Of a stretch of 64,000 nt of DNA, positions 21,103 through 32,169 are shown piece after piece. Position 1 is the stretch's first letter, and each line of letters begins with the position of its first letter. Source of the DNA: a virus (lineage: Duplodnaviria; Heunggongvirae; Uroviricota; Caudoviricetes); the IMG/VR virus record IMGVR_UViG_3300028805_000044. One strand, given 5' to 3'. The notes below the pieces were generated by a model. That model was not told the origin of the DNA and searched no databases. It saw only the letters and a program-made list of their open reading frames with translations. Position numbers and translations under genes: made by a program.

Positions 21103-22172
21103 TTGATATCTATAAGATAGTCACTTTAAAGCCCCTAACAGACACTATCAAGGTAGAGGATATATCAGACACAGTTTATTTCTCTAAAGCTTATAGTAAG
21201 TATATAAGTAATTCTCGTTTAAAACTTATAAATCCTGACGAAGGTGGCAGTCCATCTAAATTCTTTGCTGGACTAAACAATAATAAAATATACTCAGATG
21301 CACTTATTTTTGGAAGTGCAGTACATGAACTCACATTACAACCTAATGATTTTGTCCTTACTAATGTAGATCGACCTACAGCAAAAGCTGGATTTATGGC
21401 GGACTATATATGGGACAACTTCTTAGAAGGTACAGAAGGAGATAATATAGGGGAAACAATAGCTGCTCTTGAAGATACTTGCTTTATAGAAGCATCTGAT
21501 GAGATTGACTATTATAAAGGAAAGATGAATGAGGACAAAATAAATGCTCTAAAAGAGAAGTGTGAACAATACTGGATTGATAGAGCATATTATGAAGCTA
21601 AGCATAAAGACGGTCCTACTCCTATTTATTTACCTTCCAAGATGAGAGAACAATTAAGTGAAGTTCTTGTAGCATTTAATAAAAATAATAAGTTCTTAGA
21701 CTTGCTAAATCCAAAGGGACTTTTAGAAGATCCAATTTCTAAGAATGAAACTACTATTCTTATGGATATGGAATATACTGTCGATCTACCAGAAGGTAAA
21801 GTAGATGGTATTCTTCATTTAAAGTCTAAATTAGATAACTTTACAATCGATAATGAAAATAACACTATAACTGTGAATGATGTTAAAACTACAGGTAAAT
21901 ATGTAACAGAGTTTGCTACCGGAGCTTTTAACTTCTTCCATTATTATAGAGAACTTGGTATGTATACATGGTTGCTGAGACATGCTGCTGCTAAGTTCTG
22001 GGATATCCATAATCCTACTATAAAAAGCAATTGTCTTGTAGTAGAAACTTTCCCAGGTTATTTCACAAAAACCTATGAACTCACTAAACTGGACCTTCTA
22101 AAAGGTATGCAGGAGTTCGGATGGTTACTAAGACAAGTAGCTTACTATGAAGCTAAGTTACAAAGAGCTTGA
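21099..22172 (+). CDS. hypothetical protein (possible nuclease)
   Basis: 357-aa ORF. Only a weak D...DGILHLKS pattern is seen. Confidence 0.3.
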   Translation: MIDIYKIVTLKPLTDTIKVEDISDTVYFSKAYSKYISNSRLKLINPDEGGSPSKFFAGLNNNKIYSDALIFGSAVHELTLQPNDFVLTNVDRPTAKAGFMADYIWDNFLEGTEGDNIGETIAALEDTCFIEASDEIDYYKGKMNEDKINALKEKCEQYWIDRAYYEAKHKDGPTPIYLPSKMREQLSEVLVAFNKNNKFLDLLNPKGLLEDPISKNETTILMDMEYTVDLPEGKVDGILHLKSKLDNFTIDNENNTITVNDVKTTGKYVTEFATGAFNFFHYYRELGMYTWLLRHAAAKFWDIHNPTIKSNCLVVETFPGYFTKTYELTKLDLLKGMQEFGWLLRQVAYYEAKLQRA

Positions 22173-22479
22173 AGCAATTTTTGCTCAATATTTCAGCTTA
22201 GGCAATTTAAATATCAATATTAATAACAAGTTTGCACTTATATCTTTAATATGTTATATTACAACTTCTATGCAAAAGAAACAGCCAGATGTTACTTATT
22301 ATCAAGTAGTATATAAAATCTGTGATAAATTAGGTATGGAAGAAGATTTTATAAAGGGATTAGCTGTTATGTGTGAAAGTTTTGGATATGGCTGCAAAGA
22401 ATTTCCAACTTTTAATATAGCACCTAAAGATATGGTTAAAACTTGTCGTGATATATTGGAAACTTATATGCCTTTTTAA
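22147..22479 (+). CDS. hypothetical protein
   Basis: 110-aa ORF. Confidence 0.35.
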   Translation: MKLSYKELEAIFAQYFSLGNLNININNKFALISLICYITTSMQKKQPDVTYYQVVYKICDKLGMEEDFIKGLAVMCESFGYGCKEFPTFNIAPKDMVKTCRDILETYMPF

Positions 22480-22623
22480 AGTTCAAACGGACTGTTAAAA
22501 ATTGTAAAATTTTGATAATTCGTTTGTTTTAGATTGACGAAGTTATTAGATTTGTTTCAGTTCCGTTCAAGAAAACGGAGTTCAGATTATTTGAGACTTT
22601 TAGATTATTTAACATTCATTTAG

Positions 22624-22654
22624 TTGTCCGAAAGGATAAGCAAATGTATATTTG
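22624..22654 (+). promoter_or_regulatory. Bacteroidota sigma-A type promoter (TTG-N20-TATATTTG)
   Basis: TTG at 22624-22626 and TAnnTTTG at 22647-22654 with a 20-nt spacer, about 50 nt upstream of ATG 22704. A 220-nt intergenic region with inverted repeats precedes it. Confidence 0.45.
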
Positions 22655-22703
22655 ATTAGATGAAGATGAATAATACGAAAAAATGTTAAAAACTATTTGA
22701 ATT

Positions 22704-23252
22704 ATGGAAACAAAAATTATTAATTTCAAGAAATTAGAAGTTACAGGTGCTACTAAAGAAGAGGCTCTAGCAAAGGCTCCATTCCAGATTATCGGTGATG
22801 CTACTCAGGCTTTCAAGAATTGGAAGAAAAAGCAAATTGATGGCGTAACAGATGCTAAGATTAAAGAGTTCGCTCTTGAATACATTCAGAGAAAGGCTAA
22901 GTCAGCCGCAGGTGTAGGTTTTTCAGTAACTGTTGATCCAGCAGTAGCTGATACAAGAGAGCGTCCTTATAAGATTAACGATGTTAAGAATGAGAAGGGA
23001 AAGAGAAAGTACGTTACTACATACGAGCTTGTTGATGAAACAACTGGCGAGGTAGTAGGTATGACTCAGGAGACTAAGGCTGTGGCTAAGGAGATGGCTA
23101 AAGAACTTTATAAGAATGGATTTAAACATCCTATTACTTGTAAGTACACTAAGCAAGTACTTGATGGAGAGCCAATTGCTTTCACAGCAGAGTATACTCC
23201 TTCAAAGAGTTCTAAGGTAGGTACCTATATGGTATTTGGTGTGGAGGCTTAA
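22704..23252 (+). CDS. hypothetical protein, probably highly expressed (own promoter and strong terminator)
   Basis: 182-aa Lys/Ala-rich ORF bracketed by the promoter-like element and a perfect hairpin plus T10. Confidence 0.45.
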   Translation: METKIINFKKLEVTGATKEEALAKAPFQIIGDATQAFKNWKKKQIDGVTDAKIKEFALEYIQRKAKSAAGVGFSVTVDPAVADTRERPYKINDVKNEKGKRKYVTTYELVDETTGEVVGMTQETKAVAKEMAKELYKNGFKHPITCKYTKQVLDGEPIAFTAEYTPSKSSKVGTYMVFGVEA

Positions 23253-23289
23253 TCTGCACTAGTAACTTCTAACATATGAGTTTTCAGTT

Positions 23290-23331
23290 GGGAGTTCGGG
23301 CTTTAACGGTTCGAACTCCCATTTTTTTTTT
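23290..23331 (+). terminator. rho-independent terminator
   Basis: GGGAGTTCG-(12 nt)-CGAACTCCC 9-bp perfect stem followed by T10. Confidence 0.7.
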
Positions 23332-23357
23332 CTATTCCAACAGTGGAAACTGTATAA

Positions 23358-23930
23358 ATGAAAAATAAATTTATTCCTGTTAGTGGTCTGGAAATACTAG
23401 ACCAAATATATGATGAAGAACATAATGACTTTGAATTGGAAGAGGTCATAGAGGATGTATATAAGATGATGACTTATAAAGCTAGTAATATGCAAGTCCT
23501 TACTGTAAAGAGAGGATTCTATAAGTCTAAAGAAAAGACTGATGGTTATATGACTTTCTCTATAGATGGAAATGAAAAGTTTTATGGAATCCAGGAAGTA
23601 AAGAGAAAGGTATGTAATTCAATTAATCAGTACAAAAAACAATTATTACAAGCTCTTAGATATTTATGGTTATATAAAAATGAACCATCTGTAAAAGTAT
23701 TCGTACTTAATTCAGAGAAATTTTATGTATATGTACTTAGAGAAGATATAGAAGACTTAATAAGTACTTTATCTCCTCTATTCTCTAAATCTGATAAATC
23801 TGCTTGTAAATCTTGGGATGACTTTGATTTAAGGAGGACTATTCAGAGTTATAATATTAATTTTCATACCACCTTATTAAGGGATTTGGAATTAAATAAA
23901 ACTCTCGAAGAAATTTATAAACTAGTATGA
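23358..23930 (+). CDS. hypothetical protein
   Basis: 190-aa ORF. Confidence 0.4.
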   Translation: MKNKFIPVSGLEILDQIYDEEHNDFELEEVIEDVYKMMTYKASNMQVLTVKRGFYKSKEKTDGYMTFSIDGNEKFYGIQEVKRKVCNSINQYKKQLLQALRYLWLYKNEPSVKVFVLNSEKFYVYVLREDIEDLISTLSPLFSKSDKSACKSWDDFDLRRTIQSYNINFHTTLLRDLELNKTLEEIYKLV

Positions 23931-24574
23931 CTAGAAGAGACGTACTTGAGAAAGCATCTTTAGAATGCTTAAAAGAACTTTATAGTAAGGTTCAACCCGC
24001 TGTTGATTGGGATGACTTTATGCAGCAAAATAAAGACTACTCTAAGAAGTATAAAGAATGGGAAGAGAGAAGAAGAAAGGGAGAAATTCTCCCTATCGAA
24101 GAATTCTGTGGACCTCGTCCTTATGAATTTTATTATCTTCCTAAAGATATTATGAAAGAAATTATAGATTCCTATGTAAAGGCATATAATATAGATGCAC
24201 ATCAGGAATTACTAGATATTATAGATACACTTAAAAATTATTGTAAAAAACCAATAGTTGATAAATATATTGAAGGAAAAGATGATGAACCAGGACATAA
24301 AGGCTATGACCATCCTGATAATTTAGAAAAAGAATTAGAGAAAATATTACACAATACTTCTACTACAAGATTAATTCAAGATAAATTTTTTGAATTTCTT
24401 GATATGGCAGGAAATTTCTTTAATTGGAATGGAGATTTAAATTCTTTTAATACGACTGTTTATCTAGGACCAAGTCCTTGTTCTAATAAGGAAACAGTTA
24501 TAAAGAATTGGAAGTTATATAGAGATAAGACCATTCTTATTGATGAATCCGTTTATATAGAAGACGAAGAATGA
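23927..24574 (+). CDS. hypothetical protein
   Basis: 215-aa ORF whose start overlaps the upstream stop. Confidence 0.4.
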   Translation: MTRRDVLEKASLECLKELYSKVQPAVDWDDFMQQNKDYSKKYKEWEERRRKGEILPIEEFCGPRPYEFYYLPKDIMKEIIDSYVKAYNIDAHQELLDIIDTLKNYCKKPIVDKYIEGKDDEPGHKGYDHPDNLEKELEKILHNTSTTRLIQDKFFEFLDMAGNFFNWNGDLNSFNTTVYLGPSPCSNKETVIKNWKLYRDKTILIDESVYIEDEE

Positions 24575-24909
24575 TTACTTTAGAAAACATTATAGACTTT
24601 TTTGATAAATGTATTGAAAATAATGTATCAATACTTATTTATGGTAATTATAATATAAGTGTTTGTGAAAAAACTCCAACTAAATGTGAAGGAATAGATC
24701 AATGGTATTACAAAAATCTTGAATTTTATCATCGTATAAACAGTTCAGGAGAGTTAGAAATAAATATAGATCGCAGTGAGGATGCTTATTTATTTATTAA
24801 AACTAAGGAAGATAAAGATAAAGCTCTCTGGACTCTTTGTCTAGATAAAATAAATAATTATGTTAAGCTAAGAGCAGAACAAAAATTTAACTCTTTTAAA
24901 TGGAAGTAA
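24571..24909 (+). CDS. hypothetical protein
   Basis: 112-aa ORF. Confidence 0.35.
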   Translation: MITLENIIDFFDKCIENNVSILIYGNYNISVCEKTPTKCEGIDQWYYKNLEFYHRINSSGELEINIDRSEDAYLFIKTKEDKDKALWTLCLDKINNYVKLRAEQKFNSFKWK

Positions 24910-25679
24910 CACTTGAACAACTGTTAGCAGGTAAAGGAACCCTGATAAAGAATAAAGAATATTGGCCAACTGAAGCCTATGTATCTCCCTTTATAAAGAG
25001 ACTAGAAACTGTAGTAGAGAGATTTGAAATTAAAGTAGAAACTCCATCTCAAATTACTCTTACTAAAGATGGCACTATAAATACTCAAGATATTACTTAT
25101 AATAGAGTCTGGATTCAAGGAGTACTTCCACAAGAATATCGTGTTGATAATCATGACGATGTAATTGGAATGGTGTATGGGCTTGATGTACGTAAACCAA
25201 TTGTAAAGTTCTATAGAGGTGGACTTAATAGAGCTTGTACTAACCTATGTGTGTTTAGTCCAGACTCTCTTAGTGCTAAAGAACTTAATCCAGAAGAAGC
25301 TATCGACTATCGTCCTTTAGATACAATGATTAAGCAAGCTAACACTATAAAAGAATTCCTACAGAAACTCCATGCTACACAATTCTCCCGTACAGCCCAA
25401 AATCTTAATGAACATTTAGGTATGTGGATGAGACGTTCCTGGGCTATGGAGTATGATAATGGAGTTACTAAAGCATCTATAGCAGCAAGTGTTGTAGAAG
25501 GTGCTTTCAAACTTTTATTTGAAAAGGAAAGTTCTTCTTATTTTGTTCCTCGTGACCAAAATACTGATATGTTCAATGTGTATAATGCATTTACTGAACT
25601 TATCTCTAATGATAAGGATAAAGATATAATGAATAAAGTAGAAAAAACTTTATTACTTAAACGCATCTTAGACGTATGA
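24900..25679 (+). CDS. hypothetical protein
   Basis: 259-aa ORF. Confidence 0.4.
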   Translation: MEVTLEQLLAGKGTLIKNKEYWPTEAYVSPFIKRLETVVERFEIKVETPSQITLTKDGTINTQDITYNRVWIQGVLPQEYRVDNHDDVIGMVYGLDVRKPIVKFYRGGLNRACTNLCVFSPDSLSAKELNPEEAIDYRPLDTMIKQANTIKEFLQKLHATQFSRTAQNLNEHLGMWMRRSWAMEYDNGVTKASIAASVVEGAFKLLFEKESSSYFVPRDQNTDMFNVYNAFTELISNDKDKDIMNKVEKTLLLKRILDV

Positions 25680-25926
25680 AGATAAGAATTAAGGAAACCT
25701 TTGAATACGATATAGAACTTCCTGATAACCTTAATGATACTCAAATAATTAAAAAAATTTGGAGGATTAGGGACACTTTAGATTGTGTAGCAGATATGCC
25801 AACTCCATTTTGGGATGGTTATCCTTGCCCAGAGATGATATCTGAGTCTATGACATGGAAGAAGGTTGAAGACCCCTCTTTGTAGATTACTAAAATATTT
25901 ACTATATTTAAAATTCATGCTTAAAT

Positions 25927-28086
25927 ATGGAAATAATGAAAGTAACTAATCGAGACGGAATTTTAGTAGAGTTTAACTCTGAAAAAGTAAAAGCAGCTAT
26001 AGAGGCTGCATTTAAAGAAGCAGATGAAGAAATTAATAAACTTACAATAGGAAAGATTTATAGTGCTATATCTTTCTGGAATGAAATGAATATTGAAGAT
26101 ATTCAGGACCAGATTGTTGAAGTTTTAACTGATTGGGGATATGATAATGTAGCAAGAGAGTTTCTGTTCTATAGATGGAGTCATGAAAAAGCAAGAGAAC
26201 TTGCACGTTCTAAGCAAGATTTTATAAACAGATATAAAAATTCTTCTAATACTGCTAATGCAACTATTGATGACAATAGTAATGTAGGTACAAAAAACAT
26301 TGGAGTACTTAATGCTGAAGGACATAAACAGGAAAATATTCTTGTTAGTCGAGTAATGATAAAAGACAAGCTAAAAGAACTTTATCCAGATTTTGATGCT
26401 AAACAATATGTAAGAGACTTGAAAAGTCATATTATATATAAGCATGATGAATCTGGATTCATGGGTGCTATAGCTCCTTATTGTTGTTCTATAAGTATGT
26501 ATCCATTCTTACAAGGAGGTATTAAAGGTATTGGTGGTTTATCTGCTAAACCTGAAAATATTGACAGTTATTGTGGAATGTATATTAATCTTATCTTTGC
26601 TGTTTCTTCTCAATTTGCTGGTGCTGTTGCTACTCCAGAGTTCTTGCTTTATTTTGACTATTTTGCCCGTAAACAATGGAAGGATGACTATTATCTACAT
26701 CCAGATGCTGTTACTACTACTGATATAGTAGCAAGAAAGATGACTATACGTAAGCAAATTCATCAGTATTTCCAACAGGTTATCTATAGTATTAATCAGC
26801 CTGCAGCTGCGAGAGGAATGCAGTCCGCTTTTGTCAATTTTGCTTATTTTGATAAACCTTTCTTTGAATCTATGTTTAATAACTTTATGTTTCCAGATAT
26901 GAGCACTCCTAAATGGGAAAGTCTTAACTGGTTACAAAAAGAATTTATGCAATGGTTTAATAAGGAAAGAGAACGTACAATAATGGCGTTTCCTGTAGAA
27001 TCGTTTGCTTTAATTTATAAAGACGGAGAATTTGTTGATAAAGAAAATGCTGAATTTGTTGCTCAGGAGTATGCGAGGGGCCATAGCTTCTTTACTTACA
27101 TCTCAGATACTGCGGACAGTCTCTCATCATGCTGTAGACTTAAGAATAAGGTGGATACTAAGGAGTTCAATTTCACTAATGGAAACATGGGTGTGGAAAC
27201 AGGCTCAAAGAGTGTTATCACGCTTAACTTAAATAGAATTATTCAAGATTGGTGTAAGTCTATAGGAGGAGTTCCTAAAGTAGGTAATCAGTATGATAGC
27301 CTACGCTTATATATAAGAGAAATACTACAAAGAGTATATAAATATCATATAGCATATAATGAATGTCTATGGGATATGTATGAGGCTAAATTACTCCCAG
27401 TTTATTCCAATGGATTTATCTCTTTAAATAAGCAATATCTAACTATTGGTCTTAATGGTCTTAATCAAGCTGCTGAATTTCTAGGAATAACTTGTAATGT
27501 TAATCAAGAATATCAAGATTTCTGTCAAGCTATCTTTGGTATTATAAAGGAATCTAACACAGAAAACAATGGTAAGTATTTTGACCATAAGGTTACTTTC
27601 AATACCGAGTGTGTACCTGCAGAGTCTCTTGCGGCTAAGAACTATAATTGGGATAAGGAAGATGGATATTGGGTGCCCGATGATACTAATCTGTATGCAT
27701 CTTATATATTCAAACCAAATGATAAATATGTGTCTATTCTAGACAAATTTGTATTACATGGTAAGAATTATATAGGAGATTATCTAGACGGAGGTAGTGC
27801 AGCTCATATTAATCTTGCTGATCATCCTAGTTATGAACAGTGTAAGAAATTAATGAAGTTTGCTGCTGAAGAAGGATGTCAATATTTTACCTTTAATATT
27901 CCTAATTCTGAATGTCAAGACTGTGGATGGATCGGTAAGCGTCCCGTAGATGCTTGTCCACGTTGTGGAAGCCATCATATAGATTTGTATGATAGAATTA
28001 TAGGATATTTAACTAGAATACGTAACTGGGCAGATCCTAGAAAGATTGAACAAACTAAAAGAGTATATAGTAAGGTCGGTGTGTAA
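25927..28086 (+). CDS. nrdD: anaerobic ribonucleoside-triphosphate reductase (class III)
   Basis: 719 aa. Has the C-terminal Zn ribbon CQDCGW...CPRCGS and the glycyl-radical motif RIIGYLTRI. Confidence 0.8.
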   Translation: MEIMKVTNRDGILVEFNSEKVKAAIEAAFKEADEEINKLTIGKIYSAISFWNEMNIEDIQDQIVEVLTDWGYDNVAREFLFYRWSHEKARELARSKQDFINRYKNSSNTANATIDDNSNVGTKNIGVLNAEGHKQENILVSRVMIKDKLKELYPDFDAKQYVRDLKSHIIYKHDESGFMGAIAPYCCSISMYPFLQGGIKGIGGLSAKPENIDSYCGMYINLIFAVSSQFAGAVATPEFLLYFDYFARKQWKDDYYLHPDAVTTTDIVARKMTIRKQIHQYFQQVIYSINQPAAARGMQSAFVNFAYFDKPFFESMFNNFMFPDMSTPKWESLNWLQKEFMQWFNKERERTIMAFPVESFALIYKDGEFVDKENAEFVAQEYARGHSFFTYISDTADSLSSCCRLKNKVDTKEFNFTNGNMGVETGSKSVITLNLNRIIQDWCKSIGGVPKVGNQYDSLRLYIREILQRVYKYHIAYNECLWDMYEAKLLPVYSNGFISLNKQYLTIGLNGLNQAAEFLGITCNVNQEYQDFCQAIFGIIKESNTENNGKYFDHKVTFNTECVPAESLAAKNYNWDKEDGYWVPDDTNLYASYIFKPNDKYVSILDKFVLHGKNYIGDYLDGGSAAHINLADHPSYEQCKKLMKFAAEEGCQYFTFNIPNSECQDCGWIGKRPVDACPRCGSHHIDLYDRIIGYLTRIRNWADPRKIEQTKRVYSKVGV

Positions 28087-28353
28087 CCGGCCTTTTTTCA
28101 TTATGTTAAGTGCAAAAGAGGCTAATAAAATAGCAAACAGTGATTTGCTTCAATTAATGGACTTAATTCGTGAATCTGCTTATAGAGGAGGATTAAGTTT
28201 AACTTTAGACTATATCGTAAGAGATGGAGCTATTAAAGTATTAAGAGACTTCGGATATGATGTACAGGTAGAAAAACTTCCTATATACTATGAATATCCC
28301 TATGGTAAAGTAGATGAATCTCCGTCGGGGTATAAAAATCAAACAATAATAAG

Positions 28354-29085
28354 TTGGAAATGAAAATACTAATAATTCCAGATGTACATGGTAGGGCTTT
28401 TTGGAGAAAACCTTGTAAAGGTGAATGGGATAAAATAGTTTTCCTTGGAGATTATGTAGATCCTTATTCTGGAGAAGCAGAACAATCTGATGTAATGTTT
28501 GAGCTTATAGATATAGTAGAATTTAAAAGGCAAAATCCAGATAAAGTAACTCTCTTATGGGGAAATCATGATTGTTTTTATTGGTGTGAACCTTATAGAA
28601 AACAATTAGATTATTGGAGTAGACATGATAATCTAAGACATGAAGATATACAAGCTTTCTTTAGAGAAAACTTAGATAAATTTCAATGGGCATATGAGCA
28701 AGATGGATTTTTATTTACACATGCTGGAGTTAATAATTCTATGGGTAAATTATTCATAGAAGAATATGATAAACTTAATGCGGATGTAATAAATGACTTC
28801 TTTAATAAAGAACAAAATCAAATGCTCCTTGCTATGGTATCTTATTATAGAGGAGGTCCAGATAGCTTTAGTAGTATTATATGGGCAGATGTAAGAGAAC
28901 ATTATGGAAAAATGCCTATAGATGCTCTAAAGAAATATTATCAAATATTTGGGCATACCTATCTAACTAGAAATATAGTAACTAAATGGTTTGCTATGTT
29001 AGATACTGGAGGAGGATGGAACTATATAGAAGATGGAATACTTAAAGATCCGAATGGTAATGAACTTAAAATTGAAAAAATATGA
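28354..29085 (+). CDS. calcineurin-like metallophosphoesterase (Ser/Thr phosphatase-like)
   Basis: Motifs PDVHG, GDYVD and GNHD. Confidence 0.6.
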   Translation: MEMKILIIPDVHGRAFWRKPCKGEWDKIVFLGDYVDPYSGEAEQSDVMFELIDIVEFKRQNPDKVTLLWGNHDCFYWCEPYRKQLDYWSRHDNLRHEDIQAFFRENLDKFQWAYEQDGFLFTHAGVNNSMGKLFIEEYDKLNADVINDFFNKEQNQMLLAMVSYYRGGPDSFSSIIWADVREHYGKMPIDALKKYYQIFGHTYLTRNIVTKWFAMLDTGGGWNYIEDGILKDPNGNELKIEKI

Positions 29086-29453
29086 TTAAAGGAATTGAAA
29101 ATTTTGAATCTAACCTACAGAAATCCATTTTAGAATTTATAGCTGCTAATGTAGATATGTCTGAAGACATAGAAGTTCTTGAGATAAATAAACATGTAAT
29201 TAGTATAAATGATGTAAAATTTTATGTAACTACAGATGCAGAAGAAAGAGGTATTCTAGCTAGATATAATAAAGAAAAATTTGATAATTTCTTTGATAAT
29301 CTTGATACTCGACAACTTCAATATATAAATGAAGATTTATGGGATGAGGATTATGCCATTACCGATTTCAGAGATTGGTTAGAAGAAGAAACACACTGGA
29401 ATGTAGATGATAAAGACTATTATGGTAATTATAATTTCTATGAAGTTCACTGA
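29082..29453 (+). CDS. hypothetical acidic protein
   Basis: 123-aa ORF. Confidence 0.35.
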   Translation: MIKGIENFESNLQKSILEFIAANVDMSEDIEVLEINKHVISINDVKFYVTTDAEERGILARYNKEKFDNFFDNLDTRQLQYINEDLWDEDYAITDFRDWLEEETHWNVDDKDYYGNYNFYEVH

Positions 29454-29907
29454 TTATGAAGTTGTTTTAGCCGAAATACCTGATGAAATAACTTTAGCCA
29501 TAAATATAAGTAATTGTCCTTATCACTGTAAAGGATGTCATAGTCCACATTTATGGAAAGATGTTGGAATAGAATTAACTGCTCCTCTTCTTTATCAAAT
29601 GATACAGAGAAATAAGGGAATTACTTGTGTTGCCTTTATGGGAGGTCCTTTCGAAGAAATACAGGCTTGGTCTTTATGGATACATATATGGTTTCCAGAA
29701 TTAAAAACTGCTTGGTATACTGGGTTCTCTGCATTACCTATATATGAAAATACCCTTGATTATATAAAAACAGGAAAGTATATAGAAGAATTAGGTCCTC
29801 TCAATAATCCTAATACTAATCAAAGACTATATAAGATAGATAAACTTGAAAAAGGATTTAAAGGTGTACAAAATATAACTCCAAAATTATGGAAAAACCT
29901 GAAATAA
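29407..29907 (+). CDS. nrdG: anaerobic RNR activating protein (radical SAM)
   Basis: CPYHCKGC (Cx3Cx2C) near the N-terminus, small size, and adjacent to nrdD. Confidence 0.65.
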   Translation: MIKTIMVIIISMKFTDYEVVLAEIPDEITLAINISNCPYHCKGCHSPHLWKDVGIELTAPLLYQMIQRNKGITCVAFMGGPFEEIQAWSLWIHIWFPELKTAWYTGFSALPIYENTLDYIKTGKYIEELGPLNNPNTNQRLYKIDKLEKGFKGVQNITPKLWKNLK

Positions 29908-30212
29908 TTAACCCAGTATATCTAGATGGCAGATATGGACCTCATATGCTTATTCCATTTAAGAATAGATGGGATGGGCTAGGAGATGAGCCATTACGTC
30001 CAGAACAACAAGAATTTATGCTTCCAGAATCTTATTATAGAGCTATAGGAAATGACTTTACATTTCCTGAAATAATAGATCCTGACGGAGGTCCATATAT
30101 GCCTATAGGATTTGAATTTCAGAATTATTTTGGAAGTGATAAATATAGAATAGATAAGTTTGATTGTCGTGGTAAATATCCAATACTAATATGCAGCAAA
30201 TTATCATCTTAG
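29889..30212 (+). CDS. hypothetical protein
   Basis: 107-aa ORF. Confidence 0.35.
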   Translation: MEKPEIINPVYLDGRYGPHMLIPFKNRWDGLGDEPLRPEQQEFMLPESYYRAIGNDFTFPEIIDPDGGPYMPIGFEFQNYFGSDKYRIDKFDCRGKYPILICSKLSS

Positions 30213-30353
30213 ACTACAGTGTAGGAAGAGTTGATATTTACACCTTAGACTCCTCAGAAGATCCTGAAGAGTTTATTGTAAATACATTAGGATTAAACTT
30301 AGGTGATGTTAGCTGGATGAGTAAGGATGATATAATTCCAATAGAAATACATT

Positions 30354-31763
30354 GTGATTGACTTCCTAAAATTAGCAGAAGAAATAAAGAAACCCAAAAA
30401 GAGAGAATTTGAGCTTGGAGAGGAACAACTCCAAGCTCTTTCTCTTATTAAAGACTTTATAAAGAATAGTAAAGAAACTGCTTTCTCTTTATGTGGTTCT
30501 GCTGGTACTGGTAAGACCACGTTAGAGAAAGAAATTATAGATTATCTAAATGAAGAGTGGATTAATTACTCTCTATGTGCTCCAACTCATAAGGCAGCAC
30601 TAGTTATGCGTCAGACTACCAGGGAAGATGCCATTACTTTACATAAGTTACTATCTCTATCTCCCAATGTTGAAATCTTAGATTTAGATTTTAGAGAATT
30701 AGAATTTAAAACTTCTAGGGTTGTAAATGCTATTATTCCAAAAAGTGTCATTATTTGTGATGAAGCATCTATGATAAATGACGATTTATTTGATCTTCTT
30801 ATTAAGAAATGTCAAGATAAGAAAGCTAAGATAATCTTTCTAAGTGATAGTAAACAACTTAATCCTGTAAAAAGTAGAAGGTGTTCAAAGGTGTATGATT
30901 TACCGAACCAGTTTGAGCTGACTCATATATATAGACAAAGCCAAGAAAGTGCCCTTACAGACATCTTACAGGCTCTTAGACAACATAAACTTGGTCACTT
31001 GGATAGTAAGTTTGCTGAGGACGGAAGTCTTATTGTGACGTCCGACATGCATGAATTTTTAGATGCAGCTAAAGTCCAATTTCTACAGGCTATAGACAAG
31101 AGGAATATTTTGCAGACTAAGATTGCCGCTTATACAAATACTCGAGTAGCACTTTTTAATCAAGCAATGAGAAAATTCTTATGGAAAGATAATGCACCTT
31201 ATCATAAAGGAGAGTTCTTAACTTCTTATGAAAATGCAGATTTTGAGGGAACAATGTTCTATAATTCAATGGATTATATAATTGACAATGAACCAGAGGA
31301 ATCTGAGTTTGATTTACCTCATTTCTGCTGTACAGTGAAGGGTTATCTTCTAGACTTGTATGACTCATATGATAAATATTCTAAAGAAGTGATGATACTC
31401 TCTCAAAATAATTCTGAAGAGATATTTGAAAATTTAGCTGGAACATTAGAAGCAATTCGTTTTAGAGCTATAGAAGCTAAAGAACATAGCAGTTTTAAAG
31501 CCTCTTTATATTGGAAACAATATTATGAATTATTGCATAGTTTTGTTACTCCTAAGGCTCTTATATACGACGATAGAGTAGTAAGAAAAAAATCTTTTGA
31601 CTATGGATATGCTTCTACATCTCATAAATTACAAGGAAGTTCATATGAAAATATCTTTGTAGACTTACGTAATATAAATACTTGTTCTGATGAAATTGTC
31701 AAAAGGCAACTACAATATGTAGCATTATCTAGGACAAGACATGATGCATTTATTTTACAATGA
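30354..31763 (+). CDS. Dda/RecD-like SF1B DNA helicase
   Basis: Walker A GSAGTGKTT, motif Ia CAPTHKAA, and C-terminal motif VALSRTRH. Confidence 0.7.
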   Translation: MIDFLKLAEEIKKPKKREFELGEEQLQALSLIKDFIKNSKETAFSLCGSAGTGKTTLEKEIIDYLNEEWINYSLCAPTHKAALVMRQTTREDAITLHKLLSLSPNVEILDLDFRELEFKTSRVVNAIIPKSVIICDEASMINDDLFDLLIKKCQDKKAKIIFLSDSKQLNPVKSRRCSKVYDLPNQFELTHIYRQSQESALTDILQALRQHKLGHLDSKFAEDGSLIVTSDMHEFLDAAKVQFLQAIDKRNILQTKIAAYTNTRVALFNQAMRKFLWKDNAPYHKGEFLTSYENADFEGTMFYNSMDYIIDNEPEESEFDLPHFCCTVKGYLLDLYDSYDKYSKEVMILSQNNSEEIFENLAGTLEAIRFRAIEAKEHSSFKASLYWKQYYELLHSFVTPKALIYDDRVVRKKSFDYGYASTSHKLQGSSYENIFVDLRNINTCSDEIVKRQLQYVALSRTRHDAFILQ

Positions 31764-32169
31764 TTAAATTATTTGCTCTTAACGTAAGTGAAAATATTCT
31801 AAATAAATTTAAAGATATTGAGATTCACGCATATAAAGACGATATTTATATACCAGTAGCTTTTATATATGAAGATGATGAATTAAAATGTGAAATAATA
31901 AATGCTAATTATGGTAGAATTAATGCTTGTATCCTCGAACTTAGAAGATGAGAAAAAAGTTCTTAACTCAGATATAATAGATAGGTTTTACTTTTCTTTT
32001 ATAGATTCTAATAGTGTCTATACAAAGAAAGAAGCTTATACATTAAAATCTGAATGGGGCGCTAAAAAAGAACCATTTGCTTTAGTTAAGTATAGAGATA
32101 AAGTTCTTAGATGTTTCTATTCTGAGAGTAGTAATAAAGTATTAGATGAAGCTTTAGAATTTATTAAAA

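Noticed and set aside
23290-23331. GGTTCGAACTCCC string resembling a tRNA T-arm/acceptor end
   Set aside because: It is the centre of a perfect 9-bp inverted repeat followed by T10. There is no D-arm or anticodon arm and no tRNA-length cloverleaf, so it is a terminator.
25927-28086. Possible intron or intein in nrdD or PolA, which are common targets in phages
   Set aside because: Both ORFs are continuous and of normal length (719 and 757 aa), with motifs in the expected order.
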